Shown: piece after piece, positions 52,847-64,000 of the stretch
Numbering within the stretch: the first letter of the stretch is position 1
Layout: the number at the start of each line of letters is the position of its first letter
Assembly (NCBI GenBank): GCA_965238005.1
Contig: OZ250165.1
Coordinates: 2,240,001 to 2,304,000 of the forward strand
Length of the DNA: 64,000 bases
From: Longimicrobiales bacterium
GTDB taxonomy: Bacteria > Gemmatimonadota > Gemmatimonadetes > Longimicrobiales > Gaopeijiaceae
Direction of reading: 5' to 3'
Notes under the pieces: model-generated
What the model was told of the DNA's origin: nothing
Databases searched by the model: none
The model's input: only the letters and a program-made list of their open reading frames with translations
Translations under genes and position numbers: made by a program

Positions 52847-53186
52847 ACCGGTCCTCCAAGCGGACGACGTCGCTGAGATGGGGGGTGGAGGCCTCGAGCA
52901 CATCACAGTCCGTGACGGCGATCATGCGATGGATGGTGCCTGCCCGTACGTGATAGCTCTCGCCGGCCTTCAGATCTATGTCCTCGAGCTCATCGGGTGA
53001 CGCGCCCGCTTCGAATCTCATCTCGCCAGAAAGCAGGTGTATGGTCTCGTCCTTTTGCTCATGGTACTGCAGAGAAAGAGCCTCACCAGCCCGGATATGG
53101 AGGATCTTGCCCACGTACTCTTCTGTCTCGGCCCAGATGAGCTCATGGCCCCAGGGCTTTTCCACGCGTGTTGGGGTTCGTTTCAA
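52821..53186 (-). CDS. Cupin (mannose-6-phosphate isomerase type II-like, standalone)
   Basis: VEKPWG, LSLQYH..KDET, HRM, DVVRLEDRYGR. Confidence 0.88.
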   Translation of the reverse strand: MKRTPTRVEKPWGHELIWAETEEYVGKILHIRAGEALSLQYHEQKDETIHLLSGEMRFEAGASPDELEDIDLKAGESYHVRAGTIHRMIAVTDCDVLEASTPHLSDVVRLEDRYGRAPAGG

Positions 53187-53194
53187 GGTCGGGA

Positions 53195-53731
53195 TCAGTC
53201 GGCTTCGGCCTGAAGAAGATGCAGCGTTTGGAGCTCGGCTTCCAGGTCGGCGAGCATGCGCTCCACCACCGCCGCCAGATCGGCGTCCAGCGGCTCCGTC
53301 GGTTGCCACGCCCCATCTGTGGTGGTGCGCGCCTGATACTCCGACCGGAGGCTGAAGCGGAAGGGGGTGGACGTCCCTCCTCTACCGGCCGCCCCCCTGC
53401 GACCCTGGATGGTGATCCGGTAGCGGGTGTCAGTGTACCCGGCCGAGCGCCCTTCCGGCGTGGGATCCCGTGACTCCCACTCGAACTCGTAGGTCACCGT
53501 CCGGAGCTGCTCCTCCTGGCGACTCAGCGTATGGCCGTAGCGGCCGACGACCACGGCATCCATGGCTGCCCTGAAGCGGTCTGCGTCAACACGCCCCAGA
53601 TCTCGCGTACCAAGCACGCCCTGCGGCTGTGGCGCGGCGCTCTCCCTGGGCCCGCCCGCTCCACCACCTCCACCACACGCCAGAGCAGGGCCGGAAATCA
53701 GGATAGCGAATGCGAGAGTGGTCCGCTTCAT
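53195..53731 (-). CDS. Hypothetical lipoprotein
   Basis: MKRTTLAFAILISGPALAC lipobox followed by Gly linker. Confidence 0.75.
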   Translation of the reverse strand: MKRTTLAFAILISGPALACGGGGGAGGPRESAAPQPQGVLGTRDLGRVDADRFRAAMDAVVVGRYGHTLSRQEEQLRTVTYEFEWESRDPTPEGRSAGYTDTRYRITIQGRRGAAGRGGTSTPFRFSLRSEYQARTTTDGAWQPTEPLDADLAAVVERMLADLEAELQTLHLLQAEAD

Positions 53732-53993
53732 GTGCGTCTCTGGTGTGAAGGACGAGCCGTCGGTGTCTACACCGGCCGGTGACGAATGTCACTACACCCG
53801 GTTCATGGCATGAAAGCTGCAATCACGTGGGAGCTCCCGCGATGGTAGGGACCCTGGTGGTCGCTGACCGGTACTTCGAGATTGTCCGAGAGCGTCCCCG
53901 TGTCGGCGCTCCGGCTGGGGCCCGAGCCACAGCACGAGGCCCGAACCGCAGCGCGGGGTCCGAGCCGCACATGAACCGACGGAGAACGAATCT

Positions 53994-56129
53994 GTGATCA
54001 AGAAGCCATGGCATCCTCGGCTGTTGCTTCTCACCGTCTTTCTCTTGGTCGGGGTGGGGTCCGGGTTGGCGTGGGGATCTTGGCAGAACCTCTGCTCCGA
54101 CTGTCCTTCGGTCGCCCAGATCCGCACCTTCGAGCCCGAACAGACCAGCAAGCTTTACAGCCACGACGGCAGGCTCCTCGCGGAGATCGGCATCGAGCGT
54201 CGCACGCCCGTGTCCATCAACGCACTCCCGGACTACGTGCGGCACGCGTTCGTAGCGGTGGAGGACAAGCGCTTCTACGACCACCACGGCGTGGACATCC
54301 GCGGAGTTGCCAGGGCGGTGGTGGGTGTGCTGACCGGGCGTAATCTGGGAGGGGGCAGCACCATCACACAGCAGCTCGCCCGGAACATGTTCGAGAGCCA
54401 GATCGGGTTCGAGCGACGCATCGTACGGAAGCTGAAGGAGCTCCAGGTGGCGTTCGCCCTCGAGCGATCGTACACGAAAGACCAGATCCTCGAAGCCTAC
54501 GTCAACGAGATCAACTACGGTCACGGCTGGTGGGGCATCCAGACCGCTGCCCGGAACTATTTCGCCAAGAACGCGTCGGATCTGAATCCTGCGGAGACGG
54601 CACTCCTGGCGGCCATCCCCAACCTGCCCGCCTACTACAGCCCCCTTCTCCGCCCCGAGAACGCGCGGCGGCGCCGTGACCTGGTGCTACGGCGCATGGT
54701 GGAGCAGGGCTTCCTCCCGCCCGAGGATCTGGAGCGGTACACGGCCGCCGCCATCCCGACCGAACGGGCCGTGGCGGGTGGAAGCATCGCCCCGTACTTC
54801 GAGGAGTGGGTCCGCCAGATTCTGGACGACCGCTTCGGGAGCAAGCTCTACACGGCGGGCTTGAGGATCTACACCACCCTGGACGTCCGCATGCAGCGGG
54901 CCGCCGAGGTCTCCATGAGAGAGGGATGGGCGCGCATCGAGGCCCGACCCGGCTTCGAGCACTTGACGTACGAGGCCTACCAGGACTCCGTCGCCGCAGG
55001 AGTCGACGTCTCCGAGCTTCTCTACGTGCAGGGGGTCTTCGTGGCGCTCGATCCGTGGACTGGCTCCGTCCGGGCCATGATCGGTGGACGGGACTTCCAG
55101 GTGTCGAAGTTCAACCGGGCGACCCAGGCGCTCCGGCAGGCCGGCTCCGGGTTCAAGCCGTTCGTCTACACCGCCGCCGTGGCCGCTCGCATTCCCCCGA
55201 CGTTCGTGGTGCTGGACGCGCCGGTGGTGACCATGCAGGTCGACGGCACCGAGTGGAGGCCGGCCAACTTCTCCAACCGGTTCGAAGGGCCCATGACCAT
55301 CCACACGGGCCTCATGAAGTCGCAGAACATCATTGCCATCAAGCTGGCCCAGGAGGTGGGGCTCGAGAGCGTTGCGCAGACGGCCCGGCGGATGGGGATC
55401 AGGAGTGAGATCGAGCGCTACCCGTCCACCGCCATCGGGGCGGCCGAGGTGATCCCCCTGGAGATGGCCGAGGCGTACTCCACCTTCGCGAACCACGGCA
55501 CCAAGGTGCGTCCCTTCCCCATCCTGAGGGTAGAGGACGCCCAGGGCCGCATCATCTGGGACCCAGAGCCCGAGCGGACACAGGTCCTGGATCCTCTGGT
55601 GGCCCGGATCATGATCTCCATGCTGCAAAGCGTGGTGGACGGGGGTACCGCGAACATCGCCATCCGTATCGTGGCTGGGCTCAATCGGGAAGTGGTGGCC
55701 GCGGGAAAGACCGGCACGACCAACGACGGCACCGACGTGTGGTTCAACGGGGTCACGCCGAACCTCATGGCCACCGTGTGGTTCGGGTTGGACCTGCCCC
55801 GGGAGATCCGACCTTCCGCCACCGGTGGAGGCGACGCCGCCCCCGTGTGGGGGAGCTTCATGCGTCGCGTCTACTACGGGGATCCGGAGACCCTCGACGA
55901 GGAGATGCGCGAGCCGGTCCTGCCCATCCCCGAGCCGTGGCCGATCCCGGAGGGCCTCGTCACCCGGCTAATCGACAAGACCACCGGAAAGCTGGCGTCT
56001 CAGTGGTGCCCCCAGGAGGACCAGATCCTGGAGCTCTTCCTGCCGGGAACGGAGCCTACCGAGTACTGCGATCGTGACGACTCCCGCCTCTTCCGGATCC
56101 CCGCCGACATCGGCGAGAGGGGGAACTGA
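53994..56129 (+). CDS. Class A penicillin-binding protein (PBP1A family)
   Basis: EDKRFYDHHG, GGSTITQQL, SGFK (SxxK), SQN, KTGTT. Confidence 0.95.
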   Translation: MIKKPWHPRLLLLTVFLLVGVGSGLAWGSWQNLCSDCPSVAQIRTFEPEQTSKLYSHDGRLLAEIGIERRTPVSINALPDYVRHAFVAVEDKRFYDHHGVDIRGVARAVVGVLTGRNLGGGSTITQQLARNMFESQIGFERRIVRKLKELQVAFALERSYTKDQILEAYVNEINYGHGWWGIQTAARNYFAKNASDLNPAETALLAAIPNLPAYYSPLLRPENARRRRDLVLRRMVEQGFLPPEDLERYTAAAIPTERAVAGGSIAPYFEEWVRQILDDRFGSKLYTAGLRIYTTLDVRMQRAAEVSMREGWARIEARPGFEHLTYEAYQDSVAAGVDVSELLYVQGVFVALDPWTGSVRAMIGGRDFQVSKFNRATQALRQAGSGFKPFVYTAAVAARIPPTFVVLDAPVVTMQVDGTEWRPANFSNRFEGPMTIHTGLMKSQNIIAIKLAQEVGLESVAQTARRMGIRSEIERYPSTAIGAAEVIPLEMAEAYSTFANHGTKVRPFPILRVEDAQGRIIWDPEPERTQVLDPLVARIMISMLQSVVDGGTANIAIRIVAGLNREVVAAGKTGTTNDGTDVWFNGVTPNLMATVWFGLDLPREIRPSATGGGDAAPVWGSFMRRVYYGDPETLDEEMREPVLPIPEPWPIPEGLVTRLIDKTTGKLASQWCPQEDQILELFLPGTEPTEYCDRDDSRLFRIPADIGERGN

Positions 56130-56188
56130 GCTCCGGTTCTGGCGCCGTGGGGGACGGCCGCTTCTGACCCCCGACGTCGAGCGGCTCC

Positions 56189-57523
56189 CTAGGAGCCGAG
56201 CACCTCTACGCCGTCCCGGGTGACGCGGTGCGAGATCAGGGGTAGAGCCGGCAGATCTGCCTCCAAGCCGACCCGAACCGCCTCCCTCAACGCACGGACC
56301 GCCACCTCCGCCGAGGCCTCGTCCGTGGCGTGCACCTCGCCCAACAAATCACCGGAAGCCAGGTGATCGCCCGGGTGAGCCGACACCACGAACCCGACGC
56401 CGGGATCGATGGTGTCTCCTATCTCCCGGCGACCCCCACCCATCTCCACCACCGCATGGCCGAGGGGCCGGGGAGACACTTCCTGGACGACCCCGTCCGT
56501 CTCAGCGCGGACCTCCACCTGCACCAGTGCACGCGGCAGGCGGTCGGGGGCCTCGATGATCGACGCGTCTCCCCCCTGGGCATCGACGAGTCGACCGAAC
56601 CGCTCCAAGGCCACTCCCGATGCCAGGGTCTCGCGGCAGCGGTCCTCGGCTTCTGCCGCGTCGGACGCCGCCCCACCCAGCACGAGCATCTCACCGGTCA
56701 ATGCCACCACGACGTCCCTGAGATCGGAAGGCCCTTCGCCTCCGAGGCACTCGACCGCCTCGCCTACCTCCAAGGCGTTTCCGATGGCCCGTCCCAGGGG
56801 ACGGTCCATGGCCGTAACGAGGGCCACGGTGGGGGTGCCCCACCTACTCCCGATGTCCACCATGGTCCGCGCCAGTGCCAGTGTGTCCTCCAGATCCGGG
56901 AGAAAGGCCCCGGAGCCCGCCTTAACGTCGAGAACGAGCCCGTCCAACCCCTCCGCGAGCTTCTTGCTCATGATGCTGGCGGAGATCAAGGGGATGGCCG
57001 GAACGGACCCGGTGACGTTGCGCAGCTCGTAGAGGCGCTTGTCCAGAGGCGCGATCTCGGCGGTCTGGCCGATCATGGCGCACCCAACGCTTTCGAGGAT
57101 ATCCCCGAACTCGGAGAGGCTCACATCGGTGCGAAAGCCGGGGATGGCCTCGAGCTTGTCGAGGGTGCCGCCGGAATGCCCCAGGCCGCGGCCCGACATC
57201 ATTGGGACGAAAAGGCCGAGCTCCGCGGCCAGAGGGGCGAGGACCAGAGAGACTTTGTCACCCACGCCACCCGTGGAGTGCTTGTCCACCTTCGAACCGG
57301 GGAGGTGGTTCAGCTCCAGCACGTCGCCAGAATGGAGCATGACCTCGACGAGGCACTCGAGCTCCCCGGGAGAGAGCCCCTGGAAGAGAACCGCCATGAG
57401 GAAGGCGGACATCTGATAGTGGGGTAGCTCGTCCTCGAGGTATGCCCTCAGAAAGGCCTCGAGATCCTCAGGATCGAGCCCGTGGCCGTCCCGTTTCTCC
57501 TCGATTAGGCGGGAGGGAATCAA
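56189..57523 (-). CDS. pdp: Pyrimidine-nucleoside / thymidine phosphorylase
   Basis: DKHSTGGVGDK, SGRGLGHSGGTLDKLE, SIMSKK. Confidence 0.93.
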   Translation of the reverse strand: MIPSRLIEEKRDGHGLDPEDLEAFLRAYLEDELPHYQMSAFLMAVLFQGLSPGELECLVEVMLHSGDVLELNHLPGSKVDKHSTGGVGDKVSLVLAPLAAELGLFVPMMSGRGLGHSGGTLDKLEAIPGFRTDVSLSEFGDILESVGCAMIGQTAEIAPLDKRLYELRNVTGSVPAIPLISASIMSKKLAEGLDGLVLDVKAGSGAFLPDLEDTLALARTMVDIGSRWGTPTVALVTAMDRPLGRAIGNALEVGEAVECLGGEGPSDLRDVVVALTGEMLVLGGAASDAAEAEDRCRETLASGVALERFGRLVDAQGGDASIIEAPDRLPRALVQVEVRAETDGVVQEVSPRPLGHAVVEMGGGRREIGDTIDPGVGFVVSAHPGDHLASGDLLGEVHATDEASAEVAVRALREAVRVGLEADLPALPLISHRVTRDGVEVLGS

Positions 57524-57539
57524 CGAGGTTCCGTCCTCA

Positions 57540-57788
57540 TCACTTCGTTATCAAGCGCTTGCGGGCCCCACGGACCGCATCGTCTACCCTCGCCTTCACA
57601 TCCTCCGCGAAATCGTCCAGCTGATCCGTAGCGGAGTCCTTCAGCCCTCCTGCCACCCGACGGATCTTTCGACGGGTCCGGTTTCCGGCATCCGGGGCCG
57701 TGAGCAGGGCGATGCCCGCTCCGACGATAGCCCCTAGAAGGAAGCCGGATACGAAGTTCATGGCATTCACATCCTGGTCGTATTCCAT
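57540..57788 (-). CDS. YtxH-domain protein
   Basis: FVSGFLLGAIVGAGIALLTAP.AG..TR. Confidence 0.85.
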   Translation of the reverse strand: MEYDQDVNAMNFVSGFLLGAIVGAGIALLTAPDAGNRTRRKIRRVAGGLKDSATDQLDDFAEDVKARVDDAVRGARKRLITK

Positions 57789-57989
57789 CGTCGACTCCCG
57801 GAAGCCTGTTGAAGAAGTGGGGCGAGCCACGCCACGTGCAACACATGCCCGGCCGTCGTCTCCGACGCCGGCGCACCCCGCTTCGAGTTGTCGTCTTCGT
57901 CACCCGGACCGGCCGGAAAGGGCCACTCCGGGTGTATATTGAGCACCGGTCGTATGTACTAATGTATCCGAACCTTTTGTAAGGGGGAT

Positions 57990-58415
57990 ATGCGCGCCCT
58001 GGGAATCGATTTCGGCGAGCGGCGGGTCGGTGTCGCGGTTAGCGACCCGACCGGCGTAATCGCCCAACCACTCCCCACCCTCCGACGGAGGGCGGGCAAG
58101 CGCATGCCCCTTCGAGCCCTCGAAGAGCTCGCTGAGGAGTATGGGGTCCAGGTCATCGTGGTGGGACTTCCCTTGGCCCTTTCGGGAGACGACACGGACT
58201 GGACGCGCACGGTGCGGGACGTCGCCGGCAAGCTGGAAGAGCGGTCGGGGCTGCCAGTCCAGCTCGTGGATGAGCGCTTCACCTCCGCCCGGGCCGAGCG
58301 GGCGGTCCGGAGCCTCGGTCTCCCCAAGAGCAAGAGAGAGGAGAAAGACCGGGTGGATGCGGCTGCCGCCGTGCTGATCCTTCAGAGCTGGCTGGACACA
58401 CAGAGAGGCTCATGA
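57990..58415 (+). CDS. ruvX: YqgF/RuvX pre-16S rRNA nuclease / resolvase-like protein
   Basis: LGIDFGERRVGVAVSD, VVGLP, DERFTS, VDAAAA. Confidence 0.93.
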   Translation: MRALGIDFGERRVGVAVSDPTGVIAQPLPTLRRRAGKRMPLRALEELAEEYGVQVIVVGLPLALSGDDTDWTRTVRDVAGKLEERSGLPVQLVDERFTSARAERAVRSLGLPKSKREEKDRVDAAAAVLILQSWLDTQRGS

Positions 58416-59422
58416 GACCCGCCCGGCTCCGGAGGCCCACGCTGCTCCTCGCTCAAGCCCTCGTGGCGTGCCTCGCCTACGTCGCCTGCAGTTCGGGTGA
58501 GCCGGGCGAACCGGTGAGGGTCACTGTTCCGCCGGGCGTGACCTTCGAGACCGTCCTGGACACGCTGGTGGAGCGTGGAGTCGTGATCGGGCCCCGTCGA
58601 TTCCGACTCTACGCTCGACTGAAAGGCGCCGATCGCCAGATCCGAGCAGGGGACTACGACCTGGTCCCGGGCGGGGCTTGGAGCGAGATCCTCGAGTTCC
58701 TCACGACGGGTCGGGTCAGCACTGAGGAAATCACGATCCCCGAAGGCTTTACGCTCGCCGCCATGGTCGATCGGATCGCCGAAGTCACGGAAGAGCATCC
58801 GGACAGCGTCCGGGCGGGTCTGTCGGATCCCTTGGCCCACGAGCGCTGGAACGTCCCGGGTCCCGGCCTCGAAGGGTACCTTTTCCCCGATACCTACCGC
58901 TTCGCCAGGGGCGTCGGCCTCGACGTGGTCGTGGAGGCCATGATCGACCAATACCGCTCGATGTGGACACCCCAGCGGGTGGCGCGACTCGACGAGCTCG
59001 AGATGAGCGAAGCGGAGGTCGTTACCCTGGCCTCCATCATCCAGGCCGAAGTGCGGCAGGTTTGGGAGATGCCCACCATCTCGGCCGTGTACCACAATCG
59101 GCTCCGCCTGGGGTACCTCCTCCAGGCGGATCCGACCGTCCTGTATGCTCTGGGTGGCCGTCGCGAACGACTGTTGTTCGCGGCCATCGACTCCGTAGCC
59201 GACAGTCCCTACAACACCTACACTCGAAGGGGTCTTCCCCCGGGACCCATCGGGGCGCCGGGCGACGCCGCGCTGCAAGCCGCTCTCTATCCCTCGGACG
59301 AGCCCTACCTCTACTTCGTAGCGCGCCCGGATGGTAGCCACCTCTTCACCAACAGCCTCGAGGAGCACAATCGGGCACGTGGGGTCGCCCGCAGGGAGTG
59401 GGACGAGTCGAACCGCCCCTAA
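58412..59422 (+). CDS. mltG: Endolytic transglycosylase MltG
   Basis: TIPEG, LEGYLFPDTY, LASIIQAE, LQADPT, SPYNTY..GLPPGPI. Confidence 0.95.
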   Translation: MRPARLRRPTLLLAQALVACLAYVACSSGEPGEPVRVTVPPGVTFETVLDTLVERGVVIGPRRFRLYARLKGADRQIRAGDYDLVPGGAWSEILEFLTTGRVSTEEITIPEGFTLAAMVDRIAEVTEEHPDSVRAGLSDPLAHERWNVPGPGLEGYLFPDTYRFARGVGLDVVVEAMIDQYRSMWTPQRVARLDELEMSEAEVVTLASIIQAEVRQVWEMPTISAVYHNRLRLGYLLQADPTVLYALGGRRERLLFAAIDSVADSPYNTYTRRGLPPGPIGAPGDAALQAALYPSDEPYLYFVARPDGSHLFTNSLEEHNRARGVARREWDESNRP

Positions 59423-59424
59423 GG

Positions 59425-59442
59425 GGCCTGTGGAAGGAGTAC
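59425..59442 (+). repeat. Solo terminal-repeat remnant of MITE family B
   Basis: GGCCTGTGGAAGGAGTAC is identical to 50119-50136. Confidence 0.7.
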
Positions 59443-59450
59443 GGTCACCG

Positions 59451-60095
59451 GTGGATCACTCCCAGCTCGGCAGACGGCTTCGCCTCGTGGTGATCACGGA
59501 TGAGAGCCTGGCCGAGCCCCTCGGACTCGAGCACGTGCTCAGCCAGGCCCTGGAGGCGGGGGCGCCAGCTATCCAGCTGAGGGCCAAGGACGCCACCCCC
59601 CGAGAGGTCACGGCCATGGCTCGGAGACTCCTTCCCATGATGCGCTCCGCAGGCGCCCTCTTCTTCGTGAACGACCGGCTGGACGTCGCCCTCACTACCG
59701 GCGCCGACGGAGTCCATCTCGGGCCCGACGACCCGCCGGTCAAAGAAGTCCGGTCCGCCGTCCCCAGGGACTTCATCGTGGGATACTCCACCGACGATCC
59801 CGAAGAAGCCGCAAGAGCCGAGGCGGACGGCGCCGACTACCTCGGCTCCGGCACGGTCTATCCGACGACCAACAAGTCCGACCCCGGAGAGGTGATCGGC
59901 CTGTCGGGGCTCCAGCGTGTCGTTGAGGCCGTGTCGATCCCGGTGGTGGGAATCGGAGGCATCACCCCGGAGCGAGCGGCCGACGTGGCCGGAGTCGGGG
60001 CCCGAGGTGTCGCGGTCATCGGGGCGGTCATGAGCGCCCCGGATCCGGGGGAGGCCGTGCGGGGGCTCCTGAGGCCGTTCGGATCCGACGCGTAG
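59451..60095 (+). CDS. thiE: Thiamine phosphate synthase
   Basis: QLRAK, VNDRLDVA...ADGVHLG, PTTNK, GIGGI. Confidence 0.92.
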   Translation: MDHSQLGRRLRLVVITDESLAEPLGLEHVLSQALEAGAPAIQLRAKDATPREVTAMARRLLPMMRSAGALFFVNDRLDVALTTGADGVHLGPDDPPVKEVRSAVPRDFIVGYSTDDPEEAARAEADGADYLGSGTVYPTTNKSDPGEVIGLSGLQRVVEAVSIPVVGIGGITPERAADVAGVGARGVAVIGAVMSAPDPGEAVRGLLRPFGSDA

Positions 60096-60103
60096 CCTCC
60101 CGT

Positions 60104-60922
60104 CTACATCCCTCCCGCCTCCAGTAGATTCGCCACCTCTTCCTGGGTGACGAAGAAGTCTCCCAGTGCGGCTCCACCGTCGGGAGTGTGCCAGTCGGAG
60201 CCACCCGTCATCAGCAGGGCCGAAGCCTGGGCGGCTCGCTCGAGCTCGAGGATGTGATTGGGTCGCGATCGGGGCCGGTAGACCTCCAGGCCGCGGAGCC
60301 CCTCCTGTACAAACTCGGGAAGGCGTCGGGGCAGGAGGTCGGCGTGGGGATGGGCCCAGACGGGGATGCCCCCAGCGTCCAGGATGATCTGGATGGCTTC
60401 GCCCGGAGTCGACAGCCGGGTCGGGACGTGAGCCGGATGGCCATCACCGATCAGGCGGGTGAACGCATCCGGCGTCGAGGACGCGTATCCCCCAGCCACC
60501 AGTGCCCGGGCCAGGTGAGGCCGACCGATGGCCGAGCGCTCGGGACCCGCCTCCTCGAGGACGTCCTGGTACCCGATCAGGAGCCCCTGGCGCCGGAGCC
60601 GATCCACCATCTGGAGCATCCTGCGCTCGCGCCCCTCCACCGCCCTACGCTGGTGGGCCTTGAGAGACGGCGCATCCGGATCCACGAAGTAGCCCAAGAT
60701 GTGGTATTCCTCGTCCTCGAAGGTGCTGCTGACCTCCACCCCCGGGACGACATGGACGCCCTGTCCGGCAGCCGCCTCCAGGGCCCGCGGAAGCCCCGCC
60801 ACGGTGTCGTGATCCGTGATGGATATGACATCGAGACCGGCTTCGCCGGCGAGGGTCACCACCTCACCGGGATTACACGCCCCGTCGGAGGCCGACGTGT
60901 GTACGTGGAGGTCCAGCCTCAT
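60104..60922 (-). CDS. PHP-domain phosphoesterase (TrpH/YciV-like)
   Basis: DLHVHTSASDG, ITDHD, GRPH, WAHP, GGSDWH. Confidence 0.9.
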   Translation of the reverse strand: MRLDLHVHTSASDGACNPGEVVTLAGEAGLDVISITDHDTVAGLPRALEAAAGQGVHVVPGVEVSSTFEDEEYHILGYFVDPDAPSLKAHQRRAVEGRERRMLQMVDRLRRQGLLIGYQDVLEEAGPERSAIGRPHLARALVAGGYASSTPDAFTRLIGDGHPAHVPTRLSTPGEAIQIILDAGGIPVWAHPHADLLPRRLPEFVQEGLRGLEVYRPRSRPNHILELERAAQASALLMTGGSDWHTPDGGAALGDFFVTQEEVANLLEAGGM

Positions 60923-60950
60923 CCGTCCGTGTCTCTCATCGGCACCGTCG

Positions 60951-61282
60951 TCAGGCTCCGCCCCCCATCGCCTCGAGAATGGCACCCACATCGACCCTGG
61001 CACCGGAGGGCAGCTCTTCCGGGGCCTCCGATCCCGCGTACTCCGTCAGTATCGTGAGCTCTGAGCCCTCCACCTTCAGAACGCCCCCAGCCACGAAGAA
61101 GCTCTCGCTCCCGCCCTCGGGCAGATCGATGGACAGCTCCCCCGACCCGAGAAGGGCGATCATCGGAGCATGCCCGGGGAGTATCCCCACCTTGCCGTCC
61201 CAGGCCGGTGCGACCACCGAGGCAGCCAGGCCCTCGAACAGGAGCGCCTCCGGGGAGACCACTCGAACGTTCAAGCCGGCCA

Positions 61283-61283
<1 letters not shown>
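60951..61283 (-). CDS. atpC: ATP synthase epsilon subunit
   Basis: VVSPE, GKVGILPGHAP; follows atpD. Confidence 0.92.
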
Positions 61284-62746
<1,463 letters not shown>

Positions 62747-63610
62747 CTACTCGAGGGCGGCCGCACCGCCGACGATCTCGGCGATCTCCTGAGTGATCTG
62801 GGCCTGGCGGGCCCGGTTGTATGTGCGTGTCAGGTACTCGAGCACGTCACCCGCATTGTCGGTCGCGCTCTTCATGGCGCTTCGCCGGGCACCCTGCTCC
62901 GCGGCGGCGTTCTCCACCAACGCCCGGTAGGTGGCATTGCGGAGGTACGCTGGCAGCAGCCGCTCGAGGAGGATCTCGGCCTTCGGACTGAGGAGGTAGT
63001 TGTCCAGCGAGGCCGCCCCCCCGTCGGCAGGTCGAATCGGCAGCAGCTCCACCACCCTGGGCGGCGTCGACAGGGCGGACCGGAACTCGGAGCCCACCAC
63101 GTGGACCGCATCGACGCGACCCGCCGCGAAGTCCTCCCGAAGTCCAGCGATGACCGATTCGGCATCGTCCATGGACGGGCTGTCTCCGATATCGACGTTG
63201 CTCGACGCGATCGCACGACCTCGGAAGCGGAAGTAGGCGATGCCCTTCTTGCCTACGATGTGGAAGTCGGTCTCGACGCCTTCGCTCTCGAGCCGCTCCA
63301 GGAGGAGTCGTGCCTCTTTGACCAGGTTGGCGTTGAAGCCACCCGCCAGCCCCCGGTTCGCGGTGAGCAGGAGTACCGCCGCCCGCCGGACGCGCTCGGG
63401 GCTGCGGAGAAGCGGGAAGCGGTCGGAGAGCTCCGGTGCGTACAGACTGCGGACGATTTGCGCCAGTGAGTCGGCGTAGGGCCGGGCCGCCCGGACCCGG
63501 TCCGTGGCCTTCTTGAGCTTAGAGGTGGCCACCAGCTCCATGGTTCGGGTGATCTGCCGGGTGTTCTCGACCGACTTGATCCGTCGCTTGACATCACGCG
63601 CGCCCGCCAT
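62747..63610 (-). CDS. atpG: ATP synthase gamma subunit
   Basis: RIKSVENTRQITRTMELVA, RGLAGGFN, NRARQAQITQEIAEIVGG. Confidence 0.97.
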   Translation of the reverse strand: MAGARDVKRRIKSVENTRQITRTMELVATSKLKKATDRVRAARPYADSLAQIVRSLYAPELSDRFPLLRSPERVRRAAVLLLTANRGLAGGFNANLVKEARLLLERLESEGVETDFHIVGKKGIAYFRFRGRAIASSNVDIGDSPSMDDAESVIAGLREDFAAGRVDAVHVVGSEFRSALSTPPRVVELLPIRPADGGAASLDNYLLSPKAEILLERLLPAYLRNATYRALVENAAAEQGARRSAMKSATDNAGDVLEYLTRTYNRARQAQITQEIAEIVGGAAALE

Positions 63611-63642
63611 CGGCTAGTTCCCGTCGCCTCTGGTGTGCCGGC

Positions 63643-64000
63643 TCAGGCCGACGCCCCTGCTGTGGCCGTGTCGGCGGTCGGCTCTTCTGCCTCCATCTCG
63701 GCCGCGAACACCTCGTTGTACTCCGCGATGGCGGCCACCAGCTTCTCGGTGATCTCGTCTGTGAGCTGGCCCCCCTGTCTGATTCTGGACAGGATGTCGC
63801 CCTCGTGCGTGCTGAGGAATTCGTGGAAGCCCCGCTCCCACCGCCTCAGGTGGCGGACCTGGATGTCGTCCACGTGCCCTTGGGTGACGGCGAAGATGGC
63901 GCACACCTGGTTCTCCACCGGCATCGGCTGGTACTGCCCCTGCTTCAGGATCTCCACGGTGCGCTCACCGCGGGCCAGCTGGCGCTGCGTAGCGGCGTCG
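63643..64000 (-). CDS. atpA: ATP synthase alpha subunit (C-terminal part)
   Basis: DAATQRQLARGERTVEILKQGQYQPMPVENQ. Confidence 0.95.
   Translation of the reverse strand, partial: DAATQRQLARGERTVEILKQGQYQPMPVENQVCAIFAVTQGHVDDIQVRHLRRWERGFHEFLSTHEGDILSRIRQGGQLTDEITEKLVAAIAEYNEVFAAEMEAEEPTADTATAGASA

Noticed and set aside
53732..53993. 260-bp intergenic region as ncRNA or riboswitch
   Set aside because: Only a short palindrome (TTCATGGCATGAA) and no recognisable RNA family; consistent with a divergent promoter.

Overview
High-GC bacterial chromosome segment. Gene content and style suggest Gemmatimonadota (inference only). Most of it is core housekeeping: lepA; DUF58/BatA-vWA; mfd, two parvulin foldases, pdxA, ftsEX, envC, holB, moaC; guaB; acs; fur; dacB; moeA; etfAB; mpg; aroB; PBP1A; pdp; ruvX-mltG-thiE; and the 3' end of the atp operon. 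I recognised no rRNA, tRNA, CRISPR array or transposase. The standout is a compact locus at 33.0-36.0 kb. An AraC regulator with a receiver-like N-terminus is divergent from a tiny lipoprotein-signal peptide ending in tandem GSNGHNP repeats plus GSGG. That peptide is convergent, with overlapping stop codons, on a GAF-like/TPR protein. This looks like an undescribed peptide-signalling cassette, analogous to RRNPP systems. Both the peptide (1-nt frameshift after its SD-ATG) and the TPR gene (in-frame TGA) carry lesions. Also found: two families of non-autonomous MITE-like elements with terminal inverted repeats and remnants that overlap stop codons and a ribosome-binding site, an MltD/LysM pseudogene missing most of its catalytic domain, an NYN-LOTUS-LOTUS-HhH fusion, and a LITAF-like zinc membrane protein.
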